Source: a virus (lineage: Duplodnaviria > Heunggongvirae > Uroviricota > Caudoviricetes). Taken from it: 29,734 bases of DNA. The stretch lies in the IMG/VR virus record IMGVR_UViG_2850756110_000009. The stretch is one strand, 5' to 3'. Both the position numbers and the translations under genes were made by a program. The first letter of the stretch is position 1. Every line of letters starts with the position of its first letter. This document shows positions 10,944-23,742 of this stretch, piece by piece. The notes beneath the pieces were generated by a model. The model searched no databases. It was not told the DNA's origin and worked only from the letters and a program-made list of their open reading frames with translations.

Positions 10944-11793
10944 TTTCTTCAGCCCTCATCATGGTACAGTTGGAACTCCACGGACCGCCCACGGTTCGCG
11001 AAGTAATGGTGTGTATCACCCCTGTGATCGTATAATCGCCCGTCATATCAGGCAGTGACGATTCCAGATGCGCTGGCCTGCCAGTAAAGAGATCGGGGCA
11101 GAATATCGTGGTGGCGCTGAGTCCGGTCATGGTGTAAACCGGATAGCCAGTCAGTCCGTGATCCGGCGAAATCAGTACCGGCGGAATATTCCGGTTCTGC
11201 CCTTTCGGCCAGATGGTGACTTTCTCCACATTCCCCAGATCAATGTTAATATCGGCGGCTGAAGCGACATCCAGCATTTGTTGTACAACATTACCGGAAA
11301 AATGCGGGTCAGACAGACTGCGGCTGACCCCCTGGTTTTCAAATCCAAGCCCGACAGTTGACGCCAGCGCACGGATAATATCTGCAACCGCAACATCGCC
11401 CTTTGCGCTGAAATCTGCCGCCGGCTGATTACGCAGATTAAAATGAATCTGTCCTGTCAGAATGAGCGGAATATCCGGCGCCTGGTTGTAGTCGGCGTAT
11501 GCATCAGTAATATCACCTTCAAAAATAAGCCGCCCGTCGGCCCACAGCCGCATTTTATTTGCGGTACTCTGCTCCTGTCGCCACACACCGCGCCAGCTTA
11601 AATTCGTCATATGCGCCGGTGACATTCCCCAGATATACAGCGTGATTTGTGTACCAGCCACCCCTCCATATACGGCAATACTGGCAAAACAGCTTGCGTC
11701 GGTAATGGTCAGCATATTGCCCTGGCCATTACCAAACGTTCGTCCGTCTGAAAGAGTGAACTCCACCGTTATTTTACGTTGTCTGTAGCTCAT
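10924..11793 (-). CDS. Hypothetical phage tail/baseplate protein (289 aa)
   Basis: Long ORF in the tail-module operon, translationally coupled to neighbours by overlapping stop/start; function assigned by position only. Confidence 0.4.
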   Translation of the reverse strand: MSYRQRKITVEFTLSDGRTFGNGQGNMLTITDASCFASIAVYGGVAGTQITLYIWGMSPAHMTNLSWRGVWRQEQSTANKMRLWADGRLIFEGDITDAYADYNQAPDIPLILTGQIHFNLRNQPAADFSAKGDVAVADIIRALASTVGLGFENQGVSRSLSDPHFSGNVVQQMLDVASAADINIDLGNVEKVTIWPKGQNRNIPPVLISPDHGLTGYPVYTMTGLSATTIFCPDLFTGRPAHLESSLPDMTGDYTITGVIHTITSRTVGGPWSSNCTMMRAEENGTTTQ

Positions 11794-12092
11794 ATCAGTT
11801 CCTCAGGTAACAGCCAGTAGAGCCGGTACCGGGATCCGAGCCCCCGCCAGTCAGGGTCACTATTCCCCTCCGTGTCGGTAAAAAACAGATCCCCCTGAAA
11901 CGGCAGGTATCCGTACCGGACAATCCGGTTATTATTCAGACACAGCACGCCATACAGGCACGGTTCACCATTAACAATGATATCGATATACATCCCCGTA
12001 GTACGCTGATTCAGGCGAATGGTGCAGACCTGAGCGCCCAGTGTCACCGTAAACTGCTGGGCTTTAACGGGAGATAAAACAATTTCCAGCAT
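11790..12092 (-). CDS. Hypothetical phage tail protein (100 aa)
   Basis: ORF with ATGA stop/start overlap to the upstream gene, inside the tail module; no family recognised by eye. Confidence 0.35.
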   Translation of the reverse strand: MLEIVLSPVKAQQFTVTLGAQVCTIRLNQRTTGMYIDIIVNGEPCLYGVLCLNNNRIVRYGYLPFQGDLFFTDTEGNSDPDWRGLGSRYRLYWLLPEELI

Positions 12093-12802
12093 CAGGTGAT
12101 CCCCCTGTTCGTGGCGCTTCGTCTGTCAGCGTCTGACGGTTGTGTCTCCGACGCCGTAACTGGCTGCGTTTTAACCGATGCGGCCCCTTTTGCTTTATCG
12201 TTGTCCGTGGGAGACGACTTATCCGTACTTCCCACTGACACCTCTCCTGTATTCATTACGGTCTGAAATACCGCAGTAACCGTCAGTAAGGTCGGACCAT
12301 TATTACTTCGCATTCGGTAGTCATATTTCACAAGGTCGCAGGATGTCCATGTCTTGTCCGGCGTCTCAATATCGTAGAGTCCTGCCGTGGTACGCATCCT
12401 TTCAAGCGTTTCCAGCACATTCGTCCGCGAGGTGGTGGAAAAATTTGTCAGGTTCGGGACGGATCCGGAAAAGGCCGTCCACCCCTCTACAGTGAAAGTC
12501 ACATGCAGTTCCGGCGATCTCTGGATTTTATTAAAGGTGGTATAAGCCCCCTGCTCCACGGGGACGGTGGAAACAGAAGCCTCCGCGCCCACCTCAACGA
12601 CAACAAAAGAATCCGGGGAGAAAGGTTTACCACCCTTCTGATGGGCACCTGCCGGATCATTCCGTGCGTAATAAATACCGAATGACGGTGCCAGTACACT
12701 ATTAATGAGTCCCAGGACACAGCCGCCACGAACTGCACTCAGTACGTTACTTTCACTGAGCGAAAAGTTATTCAGGGAAATATTATCGAAAGAAAAACTC
12801 AT
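12092..12802 (-). CDS. Hypothetical phage tail protein (236 aa) downstream of tape measure
   Basis: ORF starts 4 bp before the tape-measure stop; function assigned by position only. Confidence 0.4.
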   Translation of the reverse strand: MSFSFDNISLNNFSLSESNVLSAVRGGCVLGLINSVLAPSFGIYYARNDPAGAHQKGGKPFSPDSFVVVEVGAEASVSTVPVEQGAYTTFNKIQRSPELHVTFTVEGWTAFSGSVPNLTNFSTTSRTNVLETLERMRTTAGLYDIETPDKTWTSCDLVKYDYRMRSNNGPTLLTVTAVFQTVMNTGEVSVGSTDKSSPTDNDKAKGAASVKTQPVTASETQPSDADRRSATNRGIT

Positions 12803-14819
12803 CCTGTTACCCCGCTGGAATAAACCGACACAAGCGCCGAATTCGTGATACGCCGACGTGCGTCATCGGTAATACCCTTCACATTGTCCGACGTTGTGGT
12901 GACATTCAGTGTCCCGATATGCGTGGTTTCCGTTACGGTGGACTGCGATACAGGCGCAGGATGGAGCGACCGTATGGCCATTGCCGCACCCGGATAAGGC
13001 AGGTTCGCCAGCACCCGCGGAATATAGTTGCGGGTCTCCTCCGGAGCAGCAGCCAGTCCCTTACGCTGAACATTTCCCTCTCCACAGTTATATGCCGCCA
13101 GAGCCTTAGCCAGATCGCCATGAAAAAAACGTATCAGGCCACCAAGTTTTCTCGCGGCGGCATCAGCGGCTTTTTCGGGATCAAAGGCATCGTTCCCCCT
13201 CAGACCAAATTCACTGGCCGTCTTCGGCATGAACTGAAACAGTCCCATCGCACCAGCAGGTGAGACGGCAAACTGATTACCACGGGATTCGGTGATCGCA
13301 ACGCTGCGCAGCAGTCCGGGCGGCAGGTTATATTTTTCCTCCAGTTGAGACAGTTTCGGTTGCAGCCAGCCTAACAGGGCTTCCCCGGTCTTCGTCGGTC
13401 GCTGGCGGTTTTGCATGGCATTACCGAGTTTTTCCTGCGTCGCACGCATACCCTGTAGCCAGGATTCACCGAAGGCTGCTTCCCTCCCGGTTGCCTGAGA
13501 AGCCTGAGTATCCAGCATGCCCTGCTGCCATACTGTGGGTGATTGTGCCCGGGTGATGTTGCCAGGCTTTTCTCCGGCATCCAGTTTTGTCTGATACGTC
13601 TCCATCTCTTTCTTATTGAAAAAGAAAGTCCCGTCTGAAGCCCAGAAAAAACCATGTGAATCCAGCCAGTCCTTATTTTCCCTGCCAACAATGGATGTCA
13701 GTAATCCGTCAACAACCGGGTAAAGCGCCGTTATCGCAAAAAGAAGGCCTCCGGGGCCACTGAGGGCTTTTGTCAGCCCCCGCACCCATGACGCCACTTT
13801 CAGCCCGATCAGCGTAATAATGACATTCTGCCAGCCCCCCAGTTCTCCGGCAGCCTTATTCGCTAGGGAGGCCACTGACTCAACGTCATTCAGAAATGTG
13901 GTGATAAACCTGTTCACTTCCTCCGGATGTTGCTGCATCCAGTCACCGAGTGTCTCCAGCCAGTGGCTGAGCTTCAGCGCGTACGGCATCAACGCGGTGC
14001 TAATCGTCATCCCGATGCCGGACCAGGTCTGATCGAGCTCAACAAGCTCTTTTCGTAGCTTACGGGCCAGCGCTGTACGCCCCGGCGTAACCTGCGAACG
14101 GGAAGTAAATTCGTCCACATCTTTCAGCGCATGACCGGAGCCAAGAAACTGCTGTCCGGCATAACTGAAGCCCAGCGCGTTGCCGTAGGCAGTTTGTTCG
14201 GACTTTGTCAGTCGCGGAAAAATAACCGCCAGCTTGCGCATGATGGCTTCAGTGCTGTCAGTATTTAAATCAACACTAATGCCCGCCCTGGCTGCAACCT
14301 GAAACAAATCCTGTAACACAGGATCAAAGGACCTTCCGGCTCTGAAGGCCGCTTTTGCATTTGCAAGCCGGGAAAATGCCCCAGACATTTCCCCTTCATC
14401 AACATTATTTGCCCGCGCAGCCCGTAACCATCCGTCCAGATTTCTGGCCTTCATGCCAAAAGCATCGGATTCCACGGACAGACGGTTCAGATCACGGGCA
14501 AAACCTGTTACCAGGTTCTTCAGCCCCCCAGCGTCAGACTGACACCCGCAAGAGCCAGAATCTCGCTACGGATTCCTGAAAAAAAACGGGACGCCCGTTT
14601 CCCGGCATCTTCCATTCGACGGGCCGTTTTATCAGCATCTTTTCCGGTTTTTTCCAGTGATTCACTGGTTTTCTTCTGTCCCTGACTGAATGTGTCAGCG
14701 ACACCTTCCATCACCGTCGTGAGCCGGTTAAGGGCAGCATGTACTGCCTGTTCCCCGGCAGTAAAGTCCCTGTCATCAATCCCGAGGGACAGAACAAGCT
14801 CATCAAGTACCTGCGCCAT
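12799..14819 (-). CDS. Tail tape-measure protein with lytic transglycosylase (SLT) domain, apparent frameshift in a C6 run at 14524-14529
   Basis: 99-aa N-terminal ORF (14520-14819) and 558-aa ORF (12799-14475) join in frame if the sense G6 run is G7 (...SLTLGG + LKNLVTGFARDLNRLSVESDAFGMKARN...). SLT-like segment ITESRGNQFAVSPAGAMGLFQFMP...AYNCGEGNV. Lies downstream of the chaperone pair. Confidence 0.65.
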
Positions 14820-15430
14820 TTCTGTTCTCCTGTATCACCTGTTCGTTATGGGCATCCACATGAATTATTTCCAGCAGATCCCATAAGTCCTGCACACCAA
14901 GGACAGAATCCAGTTCAGCTTTTGAAGCCTTACCGGAGGAGATAACGGTCGCAATGGTACGGGGAACATTAACGTAATCCACCACCCCGAACGGTCTGTC
15001 GGGGTCGAGATAACGCGGGGGATATCTAGCTGACGACGGTAGCGAAAAAATCCACATGCAGCTTAAAGACCTCCGCACGCAGATTAAGACGGGTAATGAT
15101 TTCTTCAATATCCTCTTCAACAAGCGGTCTCCGGATGCTGCGTTTTTTCGGATCGGGAACAAACTGCACACAGTCCATCATTTCATCCATCAACGGACGC
15201 GCCTCATCAGGCGGAATTTTCGATAATGCTTTCAGCCCTTCAAGGGCAAGCGCAGCCATCCCCAGACTACGAACATCATCCGGTAACTCCACGCCACCAC
15301 GCCCCATTGCCATAATGGCACGCATCGCCCACCATTCCGCCTGTGAGGCAGACATTTCGGTAAGATGAAATACCTTGCCCTTATCCCGTCCCTGACCTTC
15401 AATAGTGATAAATTTCTCTTTACGGGCCAT
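14803..15430 (-). CDS. Tail assembly chaperone pair (lambda G/GT, P2 E/E' analogue): 134-aa ORF 15026-15430 plus overlapping +1-frame extension to 14803
   Basis: Two overlapping frames immediately upstream of the tape measure. The extension (SLPSSARYPPRYLDPDRPFGVVDYVNVPRTIATVISSGK...) is protein-like. A T6 run (+ strand A6 at 15045-15050) lies in the overlap. Confidence 0.55.
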
Positions 15431-15768
15431 CAGTTAAAAACCTCCGGAGTAATGGTTTCCCACTCAATAACCGCCTGCCCTGGCTGCAACGTACGAGCTG
15501 CATCAGGCAGCGCTTTCCATTGTTTGAGTACGCCATTCACGCAGGTATATTTACGGCCAATCGCCGGAAGCAGGACGACAGCGTTACAACGGAATACAGC
15601 CCGACTGGCCCGGATGTGGTTGACCAGGTATCAAAAATATCCCGGCTGGGGGAATCCGGCATGATATGAAACGTCTGGATAATGTTGCTGTACACAAATC
15701 CCGCGGACAGTTTGGTAATGCTGCCAACTTACTGATTTAGTGTATGATGGTGATTTTAAGGTGCTTGC

Positions 15769-16044
15769 GTGGCTTCCATTTCCATCAGATGTCCTTCCTG
15801 CTCCGCTACTGAAGGCGTGGTGCGTAACGGCAAAAGCACTGCCGGACATCAGCGCTATCTCTGCTCTCATTGCCGTAAAACATGGCAACTACAGTTCACT
15901 TACACCGCCTCTCAGCCCGGTACGCACCAGAAAATCATTGATATGGCCATGAATGGCGTCGGATGTCGCGCCAGTGCACGCATTATGGGCGTTGACCTCA
16001 ACACGGTTTTCCGTCACTTAAAAAACTCAGGCCGCAGTCGGTAA
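15769..16044 (+). CDS. insA: IS1 InsA
   Basis: 91-aa [46 protein letters not shown] matches IS1 InsA. Confidence 0.9.
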   Translation: MASISIRCPSCSATEGVVRNGKSTAGHQRYLCSHCRKTWQLQFTYTASQPGTHQKIIDMAMNGVGCRASARIMGVDLNTVFRHLKNSGRSR

Positions 16045-16070
16045 CCTCGCGCATACAACCGGGCAGTGAT

Positions 16071-16466
16071 GTGATTGTCTGCGCTGAAATGGACGAACAG
16101 TGGGGCTACGTCGGTGCTAAATCACGTCAGCGCTGGCTGTTTTACGCGTATGACAGGATACGGAGGACGGTTGTGGCGCACGTCTTCGGTGAACGCACTC
16201 TGGCCACACTGGAGCGTCTTCTGAGCCTGCTGTCGGCCTTTGAGGTCGTGGTATGGATGACGGATGGCTGGCCGCTGTATGAATCACGCCTGAAGGGAAA
16301 GCTGCACGTTATCAGCAAGCGTTACACTCAGCGCATTGAGCGACATAATCTGAATCTGAGACAACATCTGGCAAGGCTGGGACGGAAGTCACTGTCGTTC
16401 TCAAAATCGGTGGAGCTGCATGACAAGGTCATCGGGCATTATCTGAACATAAAACACTATCAGTAA
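16071..16466 (+). CDS. insB: IS1 InsB reading frame (expressed as InsAB' by frameshift)
   Basis: 131-aa ORF ...[54 protein letters not shown] matches IS1 InsB. Confidence 0.85.
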   Translation: MIVCAEMDEQWGYVGAKSRQRWLFYAYDRIRRTVVAHVFGERTLATLERLLSLLSAFEVVVWMTDGWPLYESRLKGKLHVISKRYTQRIERHNLNLRQHLARLGRKSLSFSKSVELHDKVIGHYLNIKHYQ

Positions 16467-16983
16467 GTTGGAGTCATTACCGACAGTTTACCGTCAATAC
16501 CGCGGGCAGTTTCCGCCAGTACCAGTGGATCGGTGCCATAAACGTTATCTGTTGCAAATCCCTGAAGTCGTACGCCGGAGGGATACAGATTATTCACTGT
16601 CAGCGTGATAATGGCATCCGCCGCAGTGATGGTGTTGTTGTTACCCGACATTTACTGGACCTCCGTGGATGCAATAACAAGTTTCTGGATACTACCGCCG
16701 TCACAGTACCAGAGCGTACAGGACGGACTGCTACGGGTTGCCCGCAAAGAGGGAAGCATATCGCCGATATACAGGTAATAGCCGGTGGCAAACAACGTTG
16801 AAGAAACATCTGCCTCCACAACATTGTTAATCTGTTTCTTCTGCGCCTCCGTCAGTGTCACCCCTTCACGGATCCCTCCCCAGCGTTTGTACTGCTGGAT
16901 AACGTCACTCATTGACGCTGCAACCAGCGCCCGCCCTTCATTGTTGTAGGGGACCGTCTGGTTTGACTTGAATAATGCGATCA

Positions 16984-17262
<279 letters not shown>

Positions 17263-17785
17263 TTACCATCAGTCGCGAAAACAGGTACAACAGAGCTGTA
17301 GTTATTGACAGCAATTATCTGGTAAGCGATGTGTTCAGTACTGCCTTTTACTCTGGCGTTGCCGCTGGTTGTCCATGCCACATAAAAGTAACGCTTGCCC
17401 TGCCCGTTTGCCCATGCAGAAAACGCCAGGTGTTGCTCGTCAGTGACCTCAGATACCGTGGAAAAACCCGCCCATTGCTGGGAAGCGGCCTTAATGGCTG
17501 CCATTGTGTCAGGGACATCAGATACAGGCGCGCCCCGGGATATCACCGCACCGGTGTTACTGGTCATCTTCAGGAGTTCTGCTGCCGATCCACTGCCGAA
17601 CGTTATCGTGGTACTCCCGGGTTTCGCCCCGGCGACAGTAATGACAAAAGCATTCTGTGTGGTATCGAATACCACTGTAGCCACTGCTGCGGTCAGCGCT
17701 GTCTGTAGTGCCGTTGCAGCAGCGGCGAAGCTGGCGACACCGTTAAAATTCACTTCAATGCTGACGCTTTTCCCGTTAATACTCA

Positions 17786-17793
17786 GCATCAGC
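17786..17793. repeat. 8-bp target-site duplication GCATCAGC of IS66 copy 2 (partner at 20235-20242)
   Basis: Identical octamers directly abut both IS ends. Confidence 0.9.
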
Positions 17794-17830
17794 GTAAGCG
17801 TGCAGCAAGAACCGTATTGACGGGGATGTG

Positions 17831-19369
17831 TTATTCAGTCGGCAGTGCTACGCGCCAGGGGAGCAGTTCGCCGACCCGGTTTATCGGCCAGTCGGCTATG
17901 ACGTCAAGTACATAGCGGAGGTAGCTTTCTGGCTCCACTCCGTTCAGTTTGCACGTCCCGATCAGGCTGTACAGCAGCGCTCCCCGCTCTCCTCCATGAT
18001 CCGAACCGAAGAACAGGTAGTTTTTGCGGCCCAGACTGACCATCCGCAACGCATTTTCAGCGATGTTATTGTCCGCCTCAGCCCAGCCATCATCTGCATA
18101 GTACGTCAGCGCCGGCCACTGGTTCAGGGCGTATGCGAACGCTTTCGCCAGTTCTGAGTGTCGCGACAGGGTTTTCATCTTTTCACGCAGCCAGCTTTCC
18201 AGGGATTTCAGCAGCGGTTTCGTTTTCAACTGACGTTCGGCAAGGCGCTGCTCCGCCGTCATTCCCCTTATCTCTGCCTCGATGGCGTACAGTTCGCCGA
18301 TCCGTTTCAGCGCTTCCTCCGTCAGGGCTGACGGGGTGCGAACGTGCACATCGTGGATTTTACGGCGGGCGTGAGCCCAACAGGCGGCTTCCGTTATCCG
18401 GCCATCCCGGTACAGCTCGTTGAACCCGGCGTATGCATCCGCCTGCAGTACACCACTGAACCCCGCAAGATGGGTCTGCGGATGGATGCCTTTTCTGTCC
18501 GGGCTGTAAGCGAACCACACCGCCGGCGCCAGCGTTGACCCGGCGTTACGGTCGTCACGAACGTAGGTCCATAACCGCCCGGTCTTCGTTTTCTTATTGC
18601 CTGGCAACAGCACCGGGACAGGCGTGTCATCAGCATGGAGCTTACCGTCAGTCAGCACATAATCCTGAAGCGCTTCTTCCAGCGGTGACAGTAGCCGGCA
18701 GCATGCATCCACCCAGCCCGACAGCAGTGAACGACTCAGCTCCACGCCCTGGCGGCCGTACATTTCAGACTGACGGTACAGCGGGGTGTGCTCTGCATAC
18801 TTTGAGATCAGCACGCGGGCCAGCAGCCCCGGTCCTGCGATACCCCGCTCGATGGGCCGTGAAGGCGCGGGGGCCTGCACGATGGCATCGCACTGAGTAC
18901 AGGCATGCTTTTCACGTACAGTCCGGATAACCCGGAAGACGCTGCGCATCAACTCCAGCTGTTCGGCGGCATCCTCACCCGGATAGCTCAGTGAGCCTCC
19001 ACATTCCGGGCAGCATGACGCTGCCGGCAGCAGCCGTTTTTCATCGCGGGGGAGTGATTCGGGGAACGGTTTGCGGGTGCGGGTTTGACGCAGCGGGCGC
19101 TGCACGGCCGGGTCGTCAACCCGACCGGTAAGGGTATCACTTTCTTTCTGAAGTGCCTTCAGGTCAGCTTCCATCTGTGCGATACGACGGGAGACTTTTT
19201 CGGAGCGGCTGCCGAAGTTCATCCGGCGCAGCTTATCCAGCTGTGCCTGCAGATGGTCTATTTCGCGTTCACGCTCGTTCAGCTTTTCCAGCAGGGCACG
19301 GTTCAGCGCCTCCTGTTCGGCAAGGAGACGTTTCAGTGCATTGATATCGTCAGGAAGTGAGCTGCTCAT
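17831..19369 (-). CDS. IS66-family transposase TnpC (copy 2)
   Basis: 512-aa protein identical to the copy 1 orfC product. Confidence 0.9.
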   Translation of the reverse strand: MSSSLPDDINALKRLLAEQEALNRALLEKLNEREREIDHLQAQLDKLRRMNFGSRSEKVSRRIAQMEADLKALQKESDTLTGRVDDPAVQRPLRQTRTRKPFPESLPRDEKRLLPAASCCPECGGSLSYPGEDAAEQLELMRSVFRVIRTVREKHACTQCDAIVQAPAPSRPIERGIAGPGLLARVLISKYAEHTPLYRQSEMYGRQGVELSRSLLSGWVDACCRLLSPLEEALQDYVLTDGKLHADDTPVPVLLPGNKKTKTGRLWTYVRDDRNAGSTLAPAVWFAYSPDRKGIHPQTHLAGFSGVLQADAYAGFNELYRDGRITEAACWAHARRKIHDVHVRTPSALTEEALKRIGELYAIEAEIRGMTAEQRLAERQLKTKPLLKSLESWLREKMKTLSRHSELAKAFAYALNQWPALTYYADDGWAEADNNIAENALRMVSLGRKNYLFFGSDHGGERGALLYSLIGTCKLNGVEPESYLRYVLDVIADWPINRVGELLPWRVALPTE

Positions 19370-19417
19370 ACCGGGTATATTACCAGGCTCATTCAGCGTC
19401 GACCAGGATAAAGAGGC

Positions 19418-19765
19418 TTACAACATAGTCAGGGACGTAAGCAGTCTTTTAGGCTGCCGCCAGTCGATACCTTCAAGGAGCATCGCCAGCTGTGCCGGTG
19501 TGAGGAACACTTTGCCATCCCGGGCTGACGGCCAGGCGAAGCGGCCGCGCTCCAGCCGTTTGGTCAGCAGACACAGTCCATCGCCGGTAGACCAGAGGAG
19601 CTTTACCTGACTGCCATTACGCCCACGGAAGATAAAAACGTGACCTGACATCGGATCGTCTTTCAGCGTCGTCTGCACCTTTGCCGCCAGGCCGTTGAAG
19701 CCATTTCTCATATCGGTGATACCGGCAACCAGCCAAATTTTGGTCCCGGAAGGTAACGGGATCAT
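19418..19765 (-). CDS. IS66-family TnpB (copy 2)
   Basis: Identical 115-aa product to copy 1. Confidence 0.85.
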   Translation of the reverse strand: MIPLPSGTKIWLVAGITDMRNGFNGLAAKVQTTLKDDPMSGHVFIFRGRNGSQVKLLWSTGDGLCLLTKRLERGRFAWPSARDGKVFLTPAQLAMLLEGIDWRQPKRLLTSLTML

Positions 19766-20163
19766 CGCTTCAGTTCCTGTATCAGCAGAGTCAGGAGCTT
19801 TTCGCTGACATTGCCATTGAAGCGGAGCGTCCCGTGCCGGAACGTTACCTCACAGCTGATACTGAGGGTTTCCGGATCCTCTGCGAGCGATTCTGGCTGT
19901 TCGGCAGCTGCATCGAGAGTCACAGGAAGTAGCTGGGGGCTCTCTGAAGAAGGTAATAGCAGCTTTCCCTCGCGCCATTGTTGTCGCCATTTGAACAACA
20001 GATTGGCGTTAATGCCATTTTCAAGAGCAAGTTTTGAGATGGATATCCCGGGTTCACAGGAGGCAGCAACGAGCTGCTGTTTAAATTCGGGAGGATAATT
20101 AGGGCAGCCTTTTCGCCTGCCGGGATTCACATTTTTCTGCATATCTGACACTTTGGTTCCCAC
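19762..20163 (-). CDS. IS66-family TnpA (copy 2)
   Basis: Identical 133-aa product to copy 1. Confidence 0.8.
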   Translation of the reverse strand: MGTKVSDMQKNVNPGRRKGCPNYPPEFKQQLVAASCEPGISISKLALENGINANLLFKWRQQWREGKLLLPSSESPQLLPVTLDAAAEQPESLAEDPETLSISCEVTFRHGTLRFNGNVSEKLLTLLIQELKR

Positions 20164-20563
20164 TACTTATTTGGTGGACACCACTTTGTCTAATTCGTCA
20201 GATTCTGACCAGACGGTTCAGGCTGTACGCTTACGCATCAGCGTGCCGGAAAGTTTTTGTAGCTGTTCAACAGTCGCGCCCTTAAACGAACCGCTACGTA
20301 ACCAGGCCGCCGATGGGGCAGGACTGAAACGGGAAAACAACAATTGCCCCGGCGTCCTGGTGGCATTTTTGAAGCCCTGGAAATAAAGCTGAGCGCGTGC
20401 GTACTCATCGGATAATGCACCAAAATACGCGGCCACATCATCCGGAGAGGAAAACGGAACCACAGTGCCGACCGGAAGTAACGGATTACTGGTCAACAGC
20501 AGGCCGTTAAGATCGACGGCATTACCCGCCACAGCCAGCACACCGGGATTTATCTGTACATCT

Positions 20564-21109
20564 TTACTGAGTGGAATTGGCATTATCAGCCTCCGTTGTC
20601 CGGGTGATCACGTTGTCAAAAAACATCAGGGAAGTTGTGACCACAGGGTTAATCTGCATCTGAATATCAAGCGTCCAGCGCGGTTCATACTGTTGCTGAC
20701 CGTTGGGGAATGTGGTGTTAAAGGGCTCTGAGCAATACAGCGGGGAAATCAGCCCACCGCCCTGCCGGAAAAGCCGTACGGAAAATTCAGACCGGAAAAG
20801 CGTTGCCAGCACCTGAGCGTTATCTGCCGCGTGAGGGCCGTAGAAATCAAGCTGGCAACGCCATTTTGTGGTACGGGTGATATGCTGAGAGCCCTCACCA
20901 GCCTGCGCTGGCGCAGAATATGCCACTACCGCAGTGGATAATCCGGTAACATCAATGCCCGTCATGGTGATGAAATTCCCCTGAGGCATCGGGACCTGGT
21001 TCTGCTGCGTTCGTTCAATCCCGGCATCAGAAAAAAGCCCCCGGTGATAATCACCGAGGGCCTGATAAAGAGCGCTTTCCGTAACGGAGAGGGTCACACC
21101 TGAAGGCAT
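20564..21109 (-). CDS. Hypothetical phage structural protein (181 aa), immediately upstream of sheath
   Basis: ORF overlapping the sheath start; typical position of a tail completion/neck protein; assignment by synteny only. Confidence 0.4.
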   Translation of the reverse strand: MPSGVTLSVTESALYQALGDYHRGLFSDAGIERTQQNQVPMPQGNFITMTGIDVTGLSTAVVAYSAPAQAGEGSQHITRTTKWRCQLDFYGPHAADNAQVLATLFRSEFSVRLFRQGGGLISPLYCSEPFNTTFPNGQQQYEPRWTLDIQMQINPVVTTSLMFFDNVITRTTEADNANSTQ

Positions 21110-21459
21110 ACAATAACCCTCGTCCAGTCAGGCCAGATTTCCAGTACCTCAATCACCAGCCACGTTTCATCGCCAATAACAAATTTATCGCCTCCCTGTT
21201 GCCGGGCACGGTTAAGCCCGCACCAGTTACCATCGGTATACAATGTGGCGAAAACTCCCTGCTGGTTAAGATTATCAAGATGACGTAAATCAGCCTGGGT
21301 GACAGCCTGCTTTTGCCCCCTGACGGAAACCGGATCTTCATACTCAGGTACGCGGGAATAATCTGCCTGCTGTGTACTCCCGCGGGAACGATAAACCAGC
21401 GCGTCTGTAAAGGGATTTACCCGACGTACTGCGCCGGAAACAATACCGTGAAAGTTCAT
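21094..21459 (-). CDS. Hypothetical phage head-tail joining protein (121 aa)
   Basis: Tightly packed ORF in the neck region; no motif recognised. Confidence 0.35.
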   Translation of the reverse strand: MNFHGIVSGAVRRVNPFTDALVYRSRGSTQQADYSRVPEYEDPVSVRGQKQAVTQADLRHLDNLNQQGVFATLYTDGNWCGLNRARQQGGDKFVIGDETWLVIEVLEIWPDWTRVIVCLQV

Positions 21460-21710
21460 TTTTTGCCCCCGTCTACAGAATAATCAACGCTGTCCATCAT
21501 ATGTCCGGTTTCAATAAGCGGGTTGTTAAAACCCTTTTGCCGGGCAGTGGATGCAGCGTTGGACGGACTTTCCCAGTCGCGAACAGACATCTGCAACTGC
21601 CCTTTGATATGTTCTCCCATACACACCAGAGCGGTCGCAGTATCAAAATCATTCGCCCGTAATAAGGTCGCCATTTTTTCGCCCCATTCGGGACTTTTAT
21701 GTTCGATCAT
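21456..21710 (-). CDS. Hypothetical phage protein (84 aa)
   Basis: Small ORF with overlapping start/stop to neighbours in the neck region. Confidence 0.3.
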   Translation of the reverse strand: MIEHKSPEWGEKMATLLRANDFDTATALVCMGEHIKGQLQMSVRDWESPSNAASTARQKGFNNPLIETGHMMDSVDYSVDGGKK

Positions 21711-22039
21711 CTTACGGAAGAACGGACGGGGGGAATGGTGACCGTGTGCTCAGGAATAACCACATCCTGAACAAAATTCCCTTTACCGGCTTTGACAAAG
21801 CGGTGCCCGGTTTCTCCCGTTTTTTCGTTATAGCGAAAGTGGAGCGTCTGCTCACGGGCGGGTATGACCGCTCTTCCACCAAACTCCTGAACTGCGGCAA
21901 TATAAGCCACTGACGTACCGTCAGGGTAAGTTGCTCCCTCAAGAAAACCCACTTTGAGTTTTTTACCCAATGAAAGGTTCGCGGCAACCTGTTTCAGCTT
22001 CTGCCGGAACTGTTTGCCACCTGTGACTTTATTTACCAT
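21707..22039 (-). CDS. Hypothetical phage head-tail adaptor-like protein (110 aa)
   Basis: ORF in an operon-like array with 4-bp overlaps; assignment by position. Confidence 0.35.
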   Translation of the reverse strand: MVNKVTGGKQFRQKLKQVAANLSLGKKLKVGFLEGATYPDGTSVAYIAAVQEFGGRAVIPAREQTLHFRYNEKTGETGHRFVKAGKGNFVQDVVIPEHTVTIPPVRSSVR

Positions 22040-22488
22040 CGACGCCCCCTCCCGTATCCCCGGTAATAATGCCCCGGATATCGCGAAGGTGCCCCCCCGG
22101 AATGATACTGCATTGAGCGGTATGGCGCTGTCGCCTGCCAGTAGTCAGCACCCCAGGGGGTCTGGAGATACCACCACGACGCATCATTACTGCCGCTATT
22201 ATCCACCGATACCGATACAGAACCTTCCGACGCACTGGTGATACGCCCCACCAGACCAGCCTGCCCGTCTCTCCCGTTTCCCAGCCCCCGCAATGCGCAC
22301 AGATGCGCAACCAGCAGGAACAGAAGCTGTTCCCGCTCCTTCAGGTCGGTAACCGGACTGTCGTCCGTGTTATCCAGGTACAACGCGGTCGCCCGGTTAA
22401 ACACCGCCGTCAGTAGCTCCGGTGTCACCGTGGAAAACTCCGGGTACAGACTGACAAACATCCGACAGTCAAACGTCACCGTACCCAT
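22033..22488 (-). CDS. Hypothetical phage neck/connector protein (151 aa, Gly/Arg/Tyr-rich C-terminus)
   Basis: [43 protein letters not shown]...; position between head remnant and tail genes. Confidence 0.35.
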   Translation of the reverse strand: MGTVTFDCRMFVSLYPEFSTVTPELLTAVFNRATALYLDNTDDSPVTDLKEREQLLFLLVAHLCALRGLGNGRDGQAGLVGRITSASEGSVSVSVDNSGSNDASWWYLQTPWGADYWQATAPYRSMQYHSGGAPSRYPGHYYRGYGRGRRW

Positions 22489-22493
22489 AGCGT

Positions 22494-23357
<864 letters not shown>

Positions 23358-23366
23358 ATGGCGACA

Positions 23367-23582
23367 TTATTCACCTCTCGCAGCCTTACGCTTATCTTCT
23401 CTTATTTTGAAATACAGATTCGTCAGATAAGTCAGAAGCCCCAGAAGCAGACTTCCCAGCACACCAATCGCAGCCCACTGTGATGGACTGACCTGATCCA
23501 ACCACTGCAAAAACCAGTAGCCGGCACTGCCGGCGGAGGTGCCGTAGGCAATGCCCGTTGAAATTTTGTCCATGGATTTCAT
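23367..23582 (-). CDS. Class II holin/pinholin, phage 21 S-type (71 aa, dual-start MKSM)
   Basis: Translation [71 protein letters not shown] matches the S21 pinholin as I recall it; SD GGAGGTGA upstream; Met1 and Met4 starts present. Confidence 0.85.
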   Translation of the reverse strand: MKSMDKISTGIAYGTSAGSAGYWFLQWLDQVSPSQWAAIGVLGSLLLGLLTYLTNLYFKIREDKRKAARGE

Positions 23583-23742
23583 AGCCTCACCTCCGCAAAT
23601 AACGGATGGCGTAGTTTTACACTGAGAAATGAAAGGGATTTGAAAAGAAAAAAACGCAAAAGCGGGCGAAACGATATATACAGTAAGGAAAGCACTCTAT
23701 CCAACAAACCACCCACAGTTAATCGGAATAAAAGCAGAGTGC

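Larger units (their letters stand above)
15714..16481 (+). mobile_element. IS1 (768 bp), complete, simple insertion
   Basis: Termini GGTAATGCTGCCAACTTACTGAT and ...CAGTAAGTTGGAGTCATTACC; 8-bp direct repeats GACAGTTT at 15706-15713 and 16482-16489. Confidence 0.9.
15537..16651 (-). pseudogene. Tail tube protein, interrupted by IS1
   Basis: N-terminal part 16490-16651 (MSGNNNTITAADAIITLTVNN...GKLS) continues in frame at 15705 and below (AGFVYSNIIQTFHIMPD...) after removing IS1 and one copy of the 8-bp duplication; predicted stop at 15537-15539. Confidence 0.55.
17794..20234 (-). mobile_element. IS66-family insertion sequence, copy 2, simple insertion with 8-bp target duplication
   Basis: GTAAGCG termini; perfect direct repeats GCATCAGC at 17786-17793 and 20235-20242; inserted in the tail sheath gene. 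Confidence 0.9.
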
